Shown here in pieces: positions 1 to 10,027 of a DNA stretch of 47,723 nt. Position 1 is the stretch's first letter. Every line of letters begins with the position of its first letter. Where the stretch lies: assembly GCA_041668805.1 (NCBI GenBank), contig JBAYCK010000001.1, positions 1 through 47,723 of the forward strand, given 5' to 3'. Origin of the DNA: Fusobacterium sp. Its GTDB lineage: Bacteria; Fusobacteriota; Fusobacteriia; Fusobacteriales; Fusobacteriaceae. A program made the translations under genes and the position numbers. The notes under the pieces are model-generated. The model was not told the DNA's origin. It searched no databases and saw only the letters and a program-made list of their open reading frames with translations.

Positions 1-193
1 AAAAATGGAAGGTTGGAGTTATGATAGAATAGGAGTTGTTGAAAGAGCTCTTCTTAAATCAGCAGTTTATGAATTAATGTTTGAAAAAACCCCAAAAGAA
101 ATAGTTATTAATGAAATTATAGAATTAGCTAAGAAATATGGAGATGCTAAGTCATATGAATTTTTAAATGGAGTTTTAGCTAAGATTTTATAG
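1..193 (+). CDS. nusB: Transcription antitermination factor NusB (3' part, truncated by window edge)
   Basis: W..DRIGVVERALL...YE...P..IVINE.IELAKKYG...S..FLNGVL is the NusB C-terminal signature. Confidence 0.92.
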   Translation, partial: KMEGWSYDRIGVVERALLKSAVYELMFEKTPKEIVINEIIELAKKYGDAKSYEFLNGVLAKIL

Positions 194-197
194 GATT

Positions 198-232
198 AAA
201 ATCTCTAGTAAATAATTACTGGAGATTTTTTT
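198..232 (+). terminator. Intrinsic terminator after nusB
   Basis: aaaatctctagta...tactggagatttt stem followed by a T run. Confidence 0.75.
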
Positions 233-325
233 AATATACTTTTTAATTAAAAGTATATTAAAATAGTGATTTTTTTTAGAAAATATAGTAGAATATATTT
301 ATATGATTAAATAGTGAGGAAATAC

Positions 326-940
326 ATGGAAATTATACTGAGAAACATAGAAAATATAGGAATGACAGGTATTATTATTTCATTTAGTGCTTTTTTAATA
401 GGAATAAAATTTCCAGATTGGGATTTTAAACTTAAATTAAGACATAGAAATATTCTAACTCACAGCCCTATAATTATATTTTTTTTTCTAAGTCTTTATA
501 AGAATGAAGGAAGCTATTTATTTAGAATGTTTATCATAGGATTTTCCTGTGCAGTTGGAGTTCACTTGATTTTTGATTTTTTTCCAAGGGGATGGGCAAG
601 GGGAGCTTTGCTACATGTACCTATTATAGATAAAGAATTAAGGAAAAATACATCTAAAACTTTAATGTTTATTTCTATAATGATATGTATCTATATTGTT
701 ATAAAATTAAGTTCTTCAATAGAAGAATATGTTTATTTATTAATATTATCTTTAATATATATATTGAAAAGTACAAAAAAAGAAGCTAAATTATTTAGGC
801 CGCTTATTTTATTTTTGGTGATATTTTTATTTTTTGGTAATTTGAAATATGAAAAGTTTAATAAAAAGATTTATAGAAATATAAATTCGAAATTAAAGGA
901 TTCTAATTTCATTAATAGGTTAAGTTATAAAATAAAATAA
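326..940 (+). CDS. Membrane protein, YdjM-like putative metal-dependent hydrolase
   Basis: [12 protein letters not shown] and HLIFD motifs in a polytopic hydrophobic protein; ATG at 326 preceded by GAGGA. Confidence 0.6.
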   Translation: MEIILRNIENIGMTGIIISFSAFLIGIKFPDWDFKLKLRHRNILTHSPIIIFFFLSLYKNEGSYLFRMFIIGFSCAVGVHLIFDFFPRGWARGALLHVPIIDKELRKNTSKTLMFISIMICIYIVIKLSSSIEEYVYLLILSLIYILKSTKKEAKLFRPLILFLVIFLFFGNLKYEKFNKKIYRNINSKLKDSNFINRLSYKIK

Positions 941-972
941 TATTTTATAAATATAAATTGAAAGGAGAAACA

Positions 973-1788
973 ATGAAGGATATTAATCTTTTATCAACAA
1001 AAGCAAAAGCAATAAGACAAGACATTATTAAAATGATCACAAAAGCAAATTCTGGACATCCAGGAGGGTCATTGTCAGCAACTGACATCTTAACTACATT
1101 ATATTTCCACGAAATGAATGTTGATCCTAAAAACCCAAAAATGGAGGGAAGAGACAGATTTGTATTATCTAAAGGTCACGCTGCTCCAGCATTATACGCT
1201 GTACTTGCAGAAAAAGGTTATTTTGATAAAGAAATCCTTATGACATTGAGACGATATGGTTCTATATTACAAGGTCATCCAGATATGAAAAAAGTTCCAG
1301 GAGTTGAAATTTCAACTGGGTCATTGGGGCAAGGTCTTTCTGTTGCGAATGGAATGGCATTAAATGGAAAGATATTTAAAGATGATTATAGAGTATATGT
1401 TGTTATGGGAGACGGAGAACAACAAGAAGGTCAAATTTGGGAAGCTGCAATGACAGCAGCACATTACAAACTTGACAATATATGTGCTTTTGTAGATAGT
1501 AATAATCTTCAAATTGATGGGAATGTAGACAAAGTAATGGGAGTAGAACCTTTAACTGATAAATGGAGAGCTTTTGGATGGCATGTTATAGAAATAAATG
1601 GACATGATTTTGATGAAATAATATGTGCTTTAGATGAAGCTAAAACAGTTAAAAATAAACCAACTGTTGTAATTGCTAGAACAACTAAAGGTAAGGGAGT
1701 TTCATTTATGGAAAACGTATGTGGATTCCATGGAAAAGCACCTACAAAAGAGCAAGAAGTGCAAGCTTTAGAAGAACTAAACAAATAA
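973..1788 (+). CDS. Transketolase, N-terminal subunit
   Basis: [29 protein letters not shown] and GDGE TPP-binding motif; ATG 973 after AAGGAG. Confidence 0.95.
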   Translation: MKDINLLSTKAKAIRQDIIKMITKANSGHPGGSLSATDILTTLYFHEMNVDPKNPKMEGRDRFVLSKGHAAPALYAVLAEKGYFDKEILMTLRRYGSILQGHPDMKKVPGVEISTGSLGQGLSVANGMALNGKIFKDDYRVYVVMGDGEQQEGQIWEAAMTAAHYKLDNICAFVDSNNLQIDGNVDKVMGVEPLTDKWRAFGWHVIEINGHDFDEIICALDEAKTVKNKPTVVIARTTKGKGVSFMENVCGFHGKAPTKEQEVQALEELNK

Positions 1789-1799
1789 GGGGGATAACA

Positions 1800-2726
1800 A
1801 TGGTAAAAAAGGCGACAAGAGAAGCTTATGGAGAAGCTTTAGCCGAATTAGGAAAAATAAATAAAGATGTAGTAGTATTAGATGCAGATTTATCTGGGTC
1901 AACAAAAACTAGTATATTTAAAAAGTCTTTCCCAGAAAGACATATAAATGTTGGAATTGCAGAAGCAGATTTAATAGGAACTTCAGCAGGATTTGCAACA
2001 TGTGGAAAAGTTGTTTTTGCATCAACATTTGCAGTGTTTGAAGCAGGAAGAGCTTTTGAACAAATTAGAAATACAGTAGCATATCCTAAATTAAATGTTA
2101 AAATTGCACCAACTCATGCAGGAATTTCAGTTGGAGAAGATGGTGGGTCACATCAATCTATAGAAGATATTGCTTTAATGAGAGTTATACCTGGAATGGT
2201 AGTACTATGTCCAGCAGATGCAGTTGAAACAAAAAAAATGGTGTATGCAGCAGCAGAATATGAAGGTCCTGTTTATATAAGAATGGGAAGATTAGGGGTT
2301 CCAGTTTTATTTGATGAAAATTATGATTTTCAAATAGGAATAGCTAACACAATAAAAGAAGGAACAGATGTAACAATAGTAGCTACAGGTCTTATGGTAG
2401 CTGAAGCTTTAGAAGCAGCAGAAGTATTAAAAGCTGAAGGAATTTCAGTAAGAGTTATAAACTCTGGAACTATAAAACCTTTAGATGGTGAAACAATATT
2501 AAAAGCAGCAAAAGAAACTAAATTTATAGTTACTGCAGAGGAACATTCTGTCATTGGTGGATTAGGTTCAGCTGTTTCAGAATTTTTATCAGAAGTACAT
2601 CCAACAAAAATAAAAAAAGTTGGAATTTATGATAGATTTGGACAAAGTGGAACAGGGGCAGAATTATTAGAAAAATATGAGTTAACTTCTAAAAAATTAG
2701 TTTCTGTAATAAAAGAAAATCTATAA
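1800..2726 (+). CDS. Transketolase, C-terminal subunit
   Basis: ATREAYG, LDADL, GIAE, GEDGGSHQ and EEHS..GGLG motifs; ATG 1800 after GGGGG. Confidence 0.95.
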   Translation: MVKKATREAYGEALAELGKINKDVVVLDADLSGSTKTSIFKKSFPERHINVGIAEADLIGTSAGFATCGKVVFASTFAVFEAGRAFEQIRNTVAYPKLNVKIAPTHAGISVGEDGGSHQSIEDIALMRVIPGMVVLCPADAVETKKMVYAAAEYEGPVYIRMGRLGVPVLFDENYDFQIGIANTIKEGTDVTIVATGLMVAEALEAAEVLKAEGISVRVINSGTIKPLDGETILKAAKETKFIVTAEEHSVIGGLGSAVSEFLSEVHPTKIKKVGIYDRFGQSGTGAELLEKYELTSKKLVSVIKENL

Positions 2727-2736
2727 GTAATTACAT

Positions 2737-2770
2737 TAAATAGAGGCAAATTTTATTTTGCCTCTATTTA
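2737..2770. terminator. Stem-loop between tkt and ftsX (terminator or mRNA stabiliser)
   Basis: taaatagaggcaaa...tttgcctctattta inverted repeat; weak U-tract. Confidence 0.5.
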
Positions 2771-2796
2771 ATAATATTGAATGGAAGGAAGAAATT

Positions 2797-3627
2797 ATGT
2801 TTAAAAAATTAGAACAAGTACATAAAAAATCAAAGGTTTATACAGATATAAAAAAAAGTTTTTTTAGCATTATTTTAGTTTCTATTCTTTTTAATTTTTT
2901 TATTTCAGGAATACTAAACTCAAATTATCAGTTAAATAAATTAAAGAATATTAATTTTGTTTCAGCTGAACTTCAAAATAATATTTCCACAAAGGAAAAG
3001 GGAGATATTGAAAAATATTTACTTAATATCCCAGAAATAAAAAAAGTTATTTATATGGATAGTTATATAGCTTTTAAAAATTTAGAGAGTGACTTAGGAA
3101 TTGTAATTCCTAGAGGTGAAAATCCACTTCCAGACTCAATGAGAATATATTTTAATAATAATTCTTCTCTAGAAAAGATACAAAATATTTTAGATGAAGA
3201 TAAAAGAATAAAGGAATATTTTATCAATGGAAGTTATTCAGAAGAAATAAATTCTTTATCAAAAATCTATAAATTAATGGAAAATATATTTATTACAGGA
3301 AGCTTATTTTTATTAATAACATTATATTTTATAGTATCTTTACAAATTCAAAGTGATTATTTAGCAATGATAATAAATGGTAAAAACGGTTCAAGAATAA
3401 AAATAAGAGCAAAAAATATAAATGTATTACAGTTTACTTTAGGGATTTTAGTTGGAACAGCAATTTATTTTAACTTATATTTTATTTTAAGGCAGTATAT
3501 ATTAAATTTAAATAATAATATTAACATTTTAAGTTTATTTCAAGTTCTTTATATTCAAAGCTTTTTAGTGCTTATTTTAATAATAATTGTTTGGAAATTT
3601 CCAGTGAAGAAGAGTGAAATTTTATGA
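2797..3627 (+). CDS. ftsX: Cell division protein FtsX-like permease
   Basis: TM, extracytoplasmic loop with ENPLPDS motif, then further TMs; directly upstream of envC. Confidence 0.8.
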   Translation: MFKKLEQVHKKSKVYTDIKKSFFSIILVSILFNFFISGILNSNYQLNKLKNINFVSAELQNNISTKEKGDIEKYLLNIPEIKKVIYMDSYIAFKNLESDLGIVIPRGENPLPDSMRIYFNNNSSLEKIQNILDEDKRIKEYFINGSYSEEINSLSKIYKLMENIFITGSLFLLITLYFIVSLQIQSDYLAMIINGKNGSRIKIRAKNINVLQFTLGILVGTAIYFNLYFILRQYILNLNNNINILSLFQVLYIQSFLVLILIIIVWKFPVKKSEIL

Positions 3628-4721
3628 GAATAGTATTACTTTATTTTTTAGTTTCAATATTATCATTTGGAAATTCAAATGTTAATCAAATGAAAGAAAA
3701 AATAAAAAAGTTAAACAATGAAATTAAAGTTAAGCATGAAAGAATTGAAGTTATAGATAACACTAAAAAAACAGTTTCTGAGCAAATTAAAGAAATAAAA
3801 AAAGAAATTTCTGGAATTTTGAAAGAGAGAAATGAAATTGAATTAGAAATCAAATCAATTATGAAAAACATTGATTATGGAGAAAGAAATCTAAAATTTT
3901 CTTCCAATGAACTTCAAAGAAAAAAATCAGAATTTGATGCTAAGATAATAGCATGGAATAGAAGAAAAGAATCTAAATTATCCTTTGAAGAAGAAGGAAT
4001 ATTAAAAAGGCAATTTTCTAAAATACTATATAATGATTTAAATAGAATGACAAAAATAAAAGATGTAACTCATGATATAAAAGAAGTTAAACATAACATA
4101 GAAAAGGAAAAAATTAAACTCGCAAGATTAAAAAATTCTTTAAATTTAAAAAAAAATCAAATTTCAAAGAAACAATACCAAAAAAATAAATTAATAAAAA
4201 AATTAGAACAAGAAAAGAAATCTCATATTAATAAAATTTCAACACTAGAGAAACAGAAAAAAAGAATAGAAAAAGAAATAGAAAATATAATTAATTCTAG
4301 AATGAAAAATGTTGGAACAGTTAAGTATTCAACAGCTGTTTCTAAATTAGGAAGAGCAGTATATCCTCTTACAAAGGGAAAGGTTATTATGAACTTTAAC
4401 GATCCTAAAACAAAATCTATTTCAAGCAATGGAATAGAAATGAGAGGGAAATTAGGAAATATTGTAAGGGCGTCCTTTAAAGGAAAGATAATTTATTCTG
4501 GTAAAATTCAAGGATTAGGAAAAGTAATAATGATTGACTATGGTTATAATACTATAGGTGTCTATGGAAATCTAATATCTTCTAAAGTAGTCCAAAATCA
4601 AAAGGTTGTTCAAGGTGAAGGAATAGGTATATTAGGTTATTCAATTAATAAAGTGCCAAATTTATATTATGAAGTTAGAATGAATTTAAAACCTATAAAT
4701 CCTATGAATTTTTTAAAATAA
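3624..4721 (+). CDS. envC: Murein hydrolase activator EnvC (coiled coil + degenerate M23/LytM)
   Basis: Signal peptide, long coiled coil, M23-like C-terminus lacking Zn ligands (SNGIE, NLYYEVR), as in EnvC. Confidence 0.85.
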   Translation: MRIVLLYFLVSILSFGNSNVNQMKEKIKKLNNEIKVKHERIEVIDNTKKTVSEQIKEIKKEISGILKERNEIELEIKSIMKNIDYGERNLKFSSNELQRKKSEFDAKIIAWNRRKESKLSFEEEGILKRQFSKILYNDLNRMTKIKDVTHDIKEVKHNIEKEKIKLARLKNSLNLKKNQISKKQYQKNKLIKKLEQEKKSHINKISTLEKQKKRIEKEIENIINSRMKNVGTVKYSTAVSKLGRAVYPLTKGKVIMNFNDPKTKSISSNGIEMRGKLGNIVRASFKGKIIYSGKIQGLGKVIMIDYGYNTIGVYGNLISSKVVQNQKVVQGEGIGILGYSINKVPNLYYEVRMNLKPINPMNFLK

Positions 4722-4730
4722 GGGGTTAGT

Positions 4731-5534
4731 ATGAAAAAAAAATGTATAATATTCTATAATAAGGATAAAAGTAAAGCTATAGAAGCATACAAACAAATAA
4801 CAAATTTTTTAAAAAAAAATAAGGTTTTGATTTTATCTTCAGAAAAAATCCTAGAGGCTGACTTTGCAATAGTTATAGGGGGAGATGGAACTTTGCTTAG
4901 AGCTGCTAAGGAAATAATAAAAAAAGATTTAGTAACAATAGCAATAAATGCTGGAAGTTTGGGATTTTTAACAGAAACAAAATTAGAAGAAGCTATTGGT
5001 GCTTGCCAAAGTTTTTTAAATGGGAACTGTAAAGTTGAAAAAAGAGGGATTTTAGAAATAAAAATAAATTCAGAAAAATTTTATGCATTAAATGAAGTTG
5101 TTTTTTCAAATGGTGGAATGGGAAAAAGATTAACATCTTTAGATTTATTCTGTGATATAGATAAAATTAACAGATATAAAGGAGATGGAGTGATAATAGC
5201 AACTCCTACAGGGTCAACAGCCTACTCTCTTTCAGCAGGGGGACCAATACTGTCCCATTATCTAGAAGCTATCTTAATAACTCCTATAGCTCCTCACAAT
5301 CTAAGTAGTAGACCAATTGTAATAGATTCTAAAAGAAAAATTAGAGTAGAGCATGTTAAAGGATACGATAGATGCTTTATAATTGTAGATGGAGAAATGA
5401 TTAGGCAAATAGAAGAGGAAGATAAAATTGAAATTGAGTATTCAAAAAAAACATTAAATTTATTTATTCATGAAAATAGAAATTATTATTCTGTTTTAAA
5501 GGAAAAATTAAGGTGGGGCGATAATTTATGTTAA
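4731..5534 (+). CDS. nadK: NAD kinase
   Basis: GGDGTLL, GSLGFL, LNE and DG..IATPTGSTAYSLSAGGP motifs. Confidence 0.96.
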   Translation: MKKKCIIFYNKDKSKAIEAYKQITNFLKKNKVLILSSEKILEADFAIVIGGDGTLLRAAKEIIKKDLVTIAINAGSLGFLTETKLEEAIGACQSFLNGNCKVEKRGILEIKINSEKFYALNEVVFSNGGMGKRLTSLDLFCDIDKINRYKGDGVIIATPTGSTAYSLSAGGPILSHYLEAILITPIAPHNLSSRPIVIDSKRKIRVEHVKGYDRCFIIVDGEMIRQIEEEDKIEIEYSKKTLNLFIHENRNYYSVLKEKLRWGDNLC

Positions 5535-7186
5535 AAGAACTTTTAATAGAAAATTTAGCTATAATAGAAAAATTAGATATTGAAATAGGTAGGGGATTAA
5601 TTGCTTTAACAGGTGAAACAGGAGCAGGAAAATCAATTATATTAAGTGGTGTAAACCTATTACTAGGAGAAAAAACTAAAGTGGATATATTGGGAACTGA
5701 AGATAAACCTTTAGTTGCTCAAGGAATTTTTAGTATTAATGAAAATCAAAAAAAAGAACTGTTAGATTTAGGAATAGAGGTAGAAGACCAAGAAATAATT
5801 ATAAGAAGAATTATAGAAAAAACAGGAAGAACAAAGGTTTTTGTAAATGGAGTTAGAATTTCTTTAGGATCTTTAAAAGAAATTATGAGAACACTAGTTG
5901 ATATAGTGGGTCAACACTCACATCAAATGCTTTTAAATAAAGAAAATCATATTAAATTAATAGATAAATTTTCAGAAGAGGAAGCAATTAAAATTAGGAA
6001 AGAATTAGAAAATAATTTTAGTTTATATAATGAGGTTAATAAAAAAATTAAATATATTGAAGATAGTAAAAAAGATTTAGCTGAAAGAAAAGAATTTTAT
6101 GAATTTCAATTACAAGAGATAAATAATGCAGAGCTGACTTTAGGAGAAGATGAAGAACTTCAAGTGGAGTATAAAAGGCTTTTTAATGCTGGAAAGATTA
6201 AAGAAAAATTAATGAACTCAGAATTGGGATTAAAAAATGAAGAAATAAATGCTCTAAGTATAATACATACTTGTAAAAAAAATCTAGAAATAATATCTAG
6301 CTATGGAAAAGAATTTGAAGATATTTACGAACAAATAGAGAGAATTTATTATGAATTAGATGATTGCGTTAGTTCTATAGAAAATCTAAATAGCGAAATA
6401 GATATTGATGAATCTAGGCTTTCAGAAGTAATTGAAAGATTGGATTTACTAAAGAGATTAAAGGATAAATATGGAAAAACAGTTGAAGATGTTTTAAATT
6501 TTAAAAATGATATTGAAAAAAAATTAAATAAGTTAGATGAAAATGAATTTAAAGTTTCTAATTTAATAAACAAAAGATGTGAGTATAAAGAAAAATATTG
6601 GGTTTATGCAAAACATCTTAGAGAACTTAGAGAAAAATATATAAAAATAATAGAAAAAGAATTAATAAAAGAGCTGGAATTTTTAAATATGAAAAATGTA
6701 AATGTAAAAATAAAATTAGAACCTAAAGAAGTAATGTCTAAAAATGGTTCAGACAGTGTTGAGATATTTATTTCAACAAATATTGGACAAGAATTAAAAC
6801 CTCTCCAAAAAATAGCTTCAGGGGGAGAAGTAAGTAGAATAATGTTAGCTTTAAAAGTTATTTTTTCAAGGGTGGATAATATTCCTATTTTAATATTTGA
6901 TGAAATTGATACAGGAGTAGGAGGAGAAACAGTTAGAAAAATAGCTGAAAAATTAGAGCAAATAGGTGAAAATGTCCAAGTTTTATGTATAACCCATTCT
7001 CCAGTAATAGCTTCAAAAGCAAGGGAACAATTTTATATAGAGAAAAAAATATACAATGAAAAAACTGTGGCAGTTGTAAGAAAATTAGCAGAAGAAGAAA
7101 GAGTGTTAGAGATTTCAAGAATGCTAGCAGGAGAAAATATAACTGAGGCAGTATCAGAGCATGCAAAGGAATTACTTTATAAATAG
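5528..7186 (+). CDS. recN: DNA repair protein RecN
   Basis: TGETGAGKS Walker A, coiled coil, ASGGE.SR signature, LIFDEID.GVGG. Confidence 0.96.
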   Translation: MLKELLIENLAIIEKLDIEIGRGLIALTGETGAGKSIILSGVNLLLGEKTKVDILGTEDKPLVAQGIFSINENQKKELLDLGIEVEDQEIIIRRIIEKTGRTKVFVNGVRISLGSLKEIMRTLVDIVGQHSHQMLLNKENHIKLIDKFSEEEAIKIRKELENNFSLYNEVNKKIKYIEDSKKDLAERKEFYEFQLQEINNAELTLGEDEELQVEYKRLFNAGKIKEKLMNSELGLKNEEINALSIIHTCKKNLEIISSYGKEFEDIYEQIERIYYELDDCVSSIENLNSEIDIDESRLSEVIERLDLLKRLKDKYGKTVEDVLNFKNDIEKKLNKLDENEFKVSNLINKRCEYKEKYWVYAKHLRELREKYIKIIEKELIKELEFLNMKNVNVKIKLEPKEVMSKNGSDSVEIFISTNIGQELKPLQKIASGGEVSRIMLALKVIFSRVDNIPILIFDEIDTGVGGETVRKIAEKLEQIGENVQVLCITHSPVIASKAREQFYIEKKIYNEKTVAVVRKLAEEERVLEISRMLAGENITEAVSEHAKELLYK

Positions 7187-7194
7187 GAGTTAAG

Positions 7195-7998
7195 ATGAAC
7201 TTAAGTAATGAATTTTTTTATAAATTAGAAAATGAAGAAATTGTATCTAAAATAAGTATAGAATTTTATAAAAAGGATATACTAGATTTTGAGGAATATT
7301 TAAATGGAAAAGATTTTTTAGAAGTAACAGAAGAAGATATAATGATTTATTTGAAACATTTAAAATCAAAGTATGCTGAAAATTCAATAATTAGAAAAAT
7401 AACATCATTAAAATCAATGTACAAGTATTTTGTAAAAAAAGATTATATAGGAAATTCCCCAATTGAAAAAATCAGTACAACTAGAAAACATATCAAAATT
7501 GGAAAAAAAATAAAAGGATATGAGATTAAGGCAATATTAGATGTTTGTGGAGAAAGTAGAAAAGAAAAAAGAGATAGCTTGATTATTAAACTTTTATCAG
7601 AAACAGGATTAAAAATCTCTGAAGTCTTAAATTTAGAAGCTATAAGATTAAAGAAAAATAATTATAAAAGTTTTATAATTAATAGAGGGAATGAGTATAT
7701 CATTATAGAAATATCCATAGATCTTTCCCATGAGTTAAAGGAATATGTAGAAAAATTAGAAATAGAATTGGATTCTCATGTGGATAAAATTTTTTATGAC
7801 ATAACAAATCAAAATTTTAAAGATAGATTTATAAGATATGGGAAAAAAGCTAATTTAGAAAGGGAAGTTTTACCTAGCATGATAAGAAATAAATGCATTT
7901 CTGAAAGAAAGAAAGAAATGTTAAATTTAATAAAGGAAAATAGATTAGACGAAATAAGAAAAGAGTATTTAAAAATAGGAATAGGAGATGAAAATTAA
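7195..7998 (+). CDS. Xer-like tyrosine recombinase family protein, catalytically degenerate
   Basis: SAM-like N-domain (SIIRKITSLKSMYKYF), RD..II.LL..TGLKISE box; catalytic residues altered. Confidence 0.8.
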   Translation: MNLSNEFFYKLENEEIVSKISIEFYKKDILDFEEYLNGKDFLEVTEEDIMIYLKHLKSKYAENSIIRKITSLKSMYKYFVKKDYIGNSPIEKISTTRKHIKIGKKIKGYEIKAILDVCGESRKEKRDSLIIKLLSETGLKISEVLNLEAIRLKKNNYKSFIINRGNEYIIIEISIDLSHELKEYVEKLEIELDSHVDKIFYDITNQNFKDRFIRYGKKANLEREVLPSMIRNKCISERKKEMLNLIKENRLDEIRKEYLKIGIGDEN

Positions 7999-8891
7999 TG
8001 AAAGCAGGATTTATTGCGGTTGTAGGAAGACCTAACGTAGGGAAATCAACCCTTATAAATAAATTAGTTGATGAAAAAGTAGCAATAGTTTCAAATAAAG
8101 CAGGAACAACAAGAGAAAATATAAAAGGAATAGTAAATGTAAAGGGGAATCAGTATATATTTATAGATACTCCTGGGATACATAAACCGAAACATTTATT
8201 AGGAGAATACATGACAAATAGTGCAATTAGAATACTTAAAGATGTTGATGCTATTTTAATGATGCTAGATGGAACTCAAGAAATAAGTACAGGGGATCAA
8301 TTTGTTATGGAAAGAGTTTTATCAGCTAAAAAAACTCCTAGAATTTTAGTTATTAATAAAATTGATAAATTGAATGATGAAGAGCTAGAAAATAAAAGAG
8401 AAGAAGTAAAAGAAAAATTAGGAAAATTTGATGGTATTGTTGAAATAGCAGGAGAATATGGAATTGGTGTTCCTCAATTGTTAGATAGATTAGAAATGTT
8501 TTTAGATGAAGATGTTCAATATTATCCAGAAGACATGTATACTGATATGCCAATTTATAGGATAATGACAGAAATAGTAAGAGAAAAAATACTTGTAAAA
8601 ACTAGAGATGAAATTCCTCATTCAGTTGCAATAGAAATAATAAATGTTGAAAAAAGAGATGAAGGTAAAGATAAATTTAACGTGAATATTTATGTTGAAA
8701 GAGATTCTCAAAAGGGTATTATAATAGGAAAAGGCGGTAAAATGCTAAAAGAAATAGGGACAGAAGCAAGAAAAGAAATGGAAAAGTTATTAGATAGACC
8801 AATATATTTAGAACTTTGGGTAAAAGTTAAAAGTGATTGGAGAAAGAAAAAACCTTTCTTAAAAGAATTAGGTTATTTTGACGAAAAATAA
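7998..8891 (+). CDS. era: GTPase Era
   Basis: GRPNVGKSTL, DTPG, NKID, KH domain SQKGIIIGKGG, L.LWVKV. Confidence 0.97.
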   Translation: MKAGFIAVVGRPNVGKSTLINKLVDEKVAIVSNKAGTTRENIKGIVNVKGNQYIFIDTPGIHKPKHLLGEYMTNSAIRILKDVDAILMMLDGTQEISTGDQFVMERVLSAKKTPRILVINKIDKLNDEELENKREEVKEKLGKFDGIVEIAGEYGIGVPQLLDRLEMFLDEDVQYYPEDMYTDMPIYRIMTEIVREKILVKTRDEIPHSVAIEIINVEKRDEGKDKFNVNIYVERDSQKGIIIGKGGKMLKEIGTEARKEMEKLLDRPIYLELWVKVKSDWRKKKPFLKELGYFDEK

Positions 8892-8903
8892 AAATATGAA
8901 AAT

Positions 8904-8947
8904 AAAAAAGAAAGAACTTCTCACTTTTGTGGAGTTCTTTCTTTTTT
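8904..8947. terminator. Bidirectional intrinsic terminator after era
   Basis: aaaaaagaaagaacttc..cac-tttt-gtggagttctttctttttt with A/T tails on both sides. Confidence 0.85.
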
Positions 8948-9016
8948 ATTTATTAAAGTTTAGGGTAGGAAATCTTCAAAACATCACCAGAGTTCTAAAG
9001 AGAGAATCTAATCTCA
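8904..9016 (-). ncRNA. Candidate sRNA (~110 nt) convergent with era
   Basis: Near-consensus promoter at 9022-9050 fires into an ORF-less stretch that ends at the 8904-8947 terminator. Confidence 0.55.
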
Positions 9017-9021
9017 AATAC

Positions 9022-9050
9022 ATAGTATCACACAATATTTTGTATGTCAA
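9022..9050 (-). promoter_or_regulatory. sigma70 promoter TTGACA-N17-TACTAT with extended -10 TG
   Basis: Minus strand reads TTGACA tacaaaatattgtgtga TACTAT. Confidence 0.75.
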
Positions 9051-9060
9051 ACTTTTTTTA

Positions 9061-9098
9061 AACCAATAAAAGATGAGTTGTCCCATCTTTTATTGGTT
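9061..9098 (-). terminator. Terminator hairpin after the polC-EamA unit
   Basis: aaccaataaaagatg / catcttttattggtt perfect 15-bp inverted repeat. Confidence 0.7.
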
Positions 9099-9102
9099 AT
9101 AT

Positions 9103-10017
9103 TTATTTTTGACTTTTGCTTATTTTTATAATTGAAAATAATAGTATAATAGCCCCAAATGATTGAATAGCTGTAAGTAAATTTTTATTAAAAATATAAT
9201 CAAATAAAACTGACGAAATAGGAAAAGCTAGTTCGCAGATAGTTGCAACACTGGCATTAATATATTGAAGTCCTTTATAATAAATCATAATTGCCATACT
9301 ACCAGAAGTAAGAGCTATAATAATAAAAATAAACCACTGAAAGCTAGTTACATCGAAAATTAAATTTAATTGTTTATTGTAAAGAACAATTAAAAAAGTA
9401 ATAATAGAAGTAAAACAAAATCTTGTATAAAGAGCAGTTATAAATGATGAATTAGTAAGAATTTTCTTTCCAAAAACAGTTGAACTTCCAAATGCAAAAG
9501 CAGCAAATAAAGCATATATTCCTGCTAAAGCTATGTTATCTCCATTATAAGAATGGGGCAAAGAAAATTCAAATGTCATTATATATCCTCCAATTAATGC
9601 TAAAAGAGCAAAAAATAGAAAATTATTTTTTATTTTTTCCTTAAGAATAATTCTAGCTAAAATAATTGCAAAAATAGGTTGTGCTTTTTGTAACAAAGTA
9701 ACAACAGTTAAATGCTGAAAGTTAACTAAAAACAAAGCTTTAACTATCGCCAATGTTCCCAAAGTTCCTCCAAATAAAGCTACAAGAAAAAAATAAAATA
9801 AGTCTTGCTTAGGGAGAGAAGAGATATTCTTAAATTCCCGTTTTCCAATAAATAAGGTCATAACAATAAAAGGTATAGAATGTAACATAAAAACTACAAA
9901 AGGGACCTTTAATTTGAATAATCTTGGAGTTAAAACAATTGAATCAAATCCCCATAAAGATGCAGCAAAACAAACTAATATAGCTCCTAAATATTTTTTT
10001 TCTAAATGTTTAAACAA
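9103..10017 (-). CDS. DMT/EamA family transporter
   Basis: About 10 TMs in two EamA repeats (AASLWG..., QPIF.IILA.IILKEK); TTG at 10017 with AGGAGG RBS at 10024-10029. Confidence 0.88.
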   Translation of the reverse strand: MFKHLEKKYLGAILVCFAASLWGFDSIVLTPRLFKLKVPFVVFMLHSIPFIVMTLFIGKREFKNISSLPKQDLFYFFLVALFGGTLGTLAIVKALFLVNFQHLTVVTLLQKAQPIFAIILARIILKEKIKNNFLFFALLALIGGYIMTFEFSLPHSYNGDNIALAGIYALFAAFAFGSSTVFGKKILTNSSFITALYTRFCFTSIITFLIVLYNKQLNLIFDVTSFQWFIFIIIALTSGSMAIMIYYKGLQYINASVATICELAFPISSVLFDYIFNKNLLTAIQSFGAIILLFSIIKISKSQK

Positions 10018-10027
10018 TAGATTCCTC

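Noticed and set aside
7195-7998. Integrase marking a prophage or genomic island
   Set aside because: Flanked by core genes recN and era, no att repeats or cargo seen, catalytic residues degenerate.
8878-9069. 63-aa plus-strand ORF after era
   Set aside because: Runs through the era terminator, has no recognisable content, and the region is better explained by a minus-strand promoter/sRNA.
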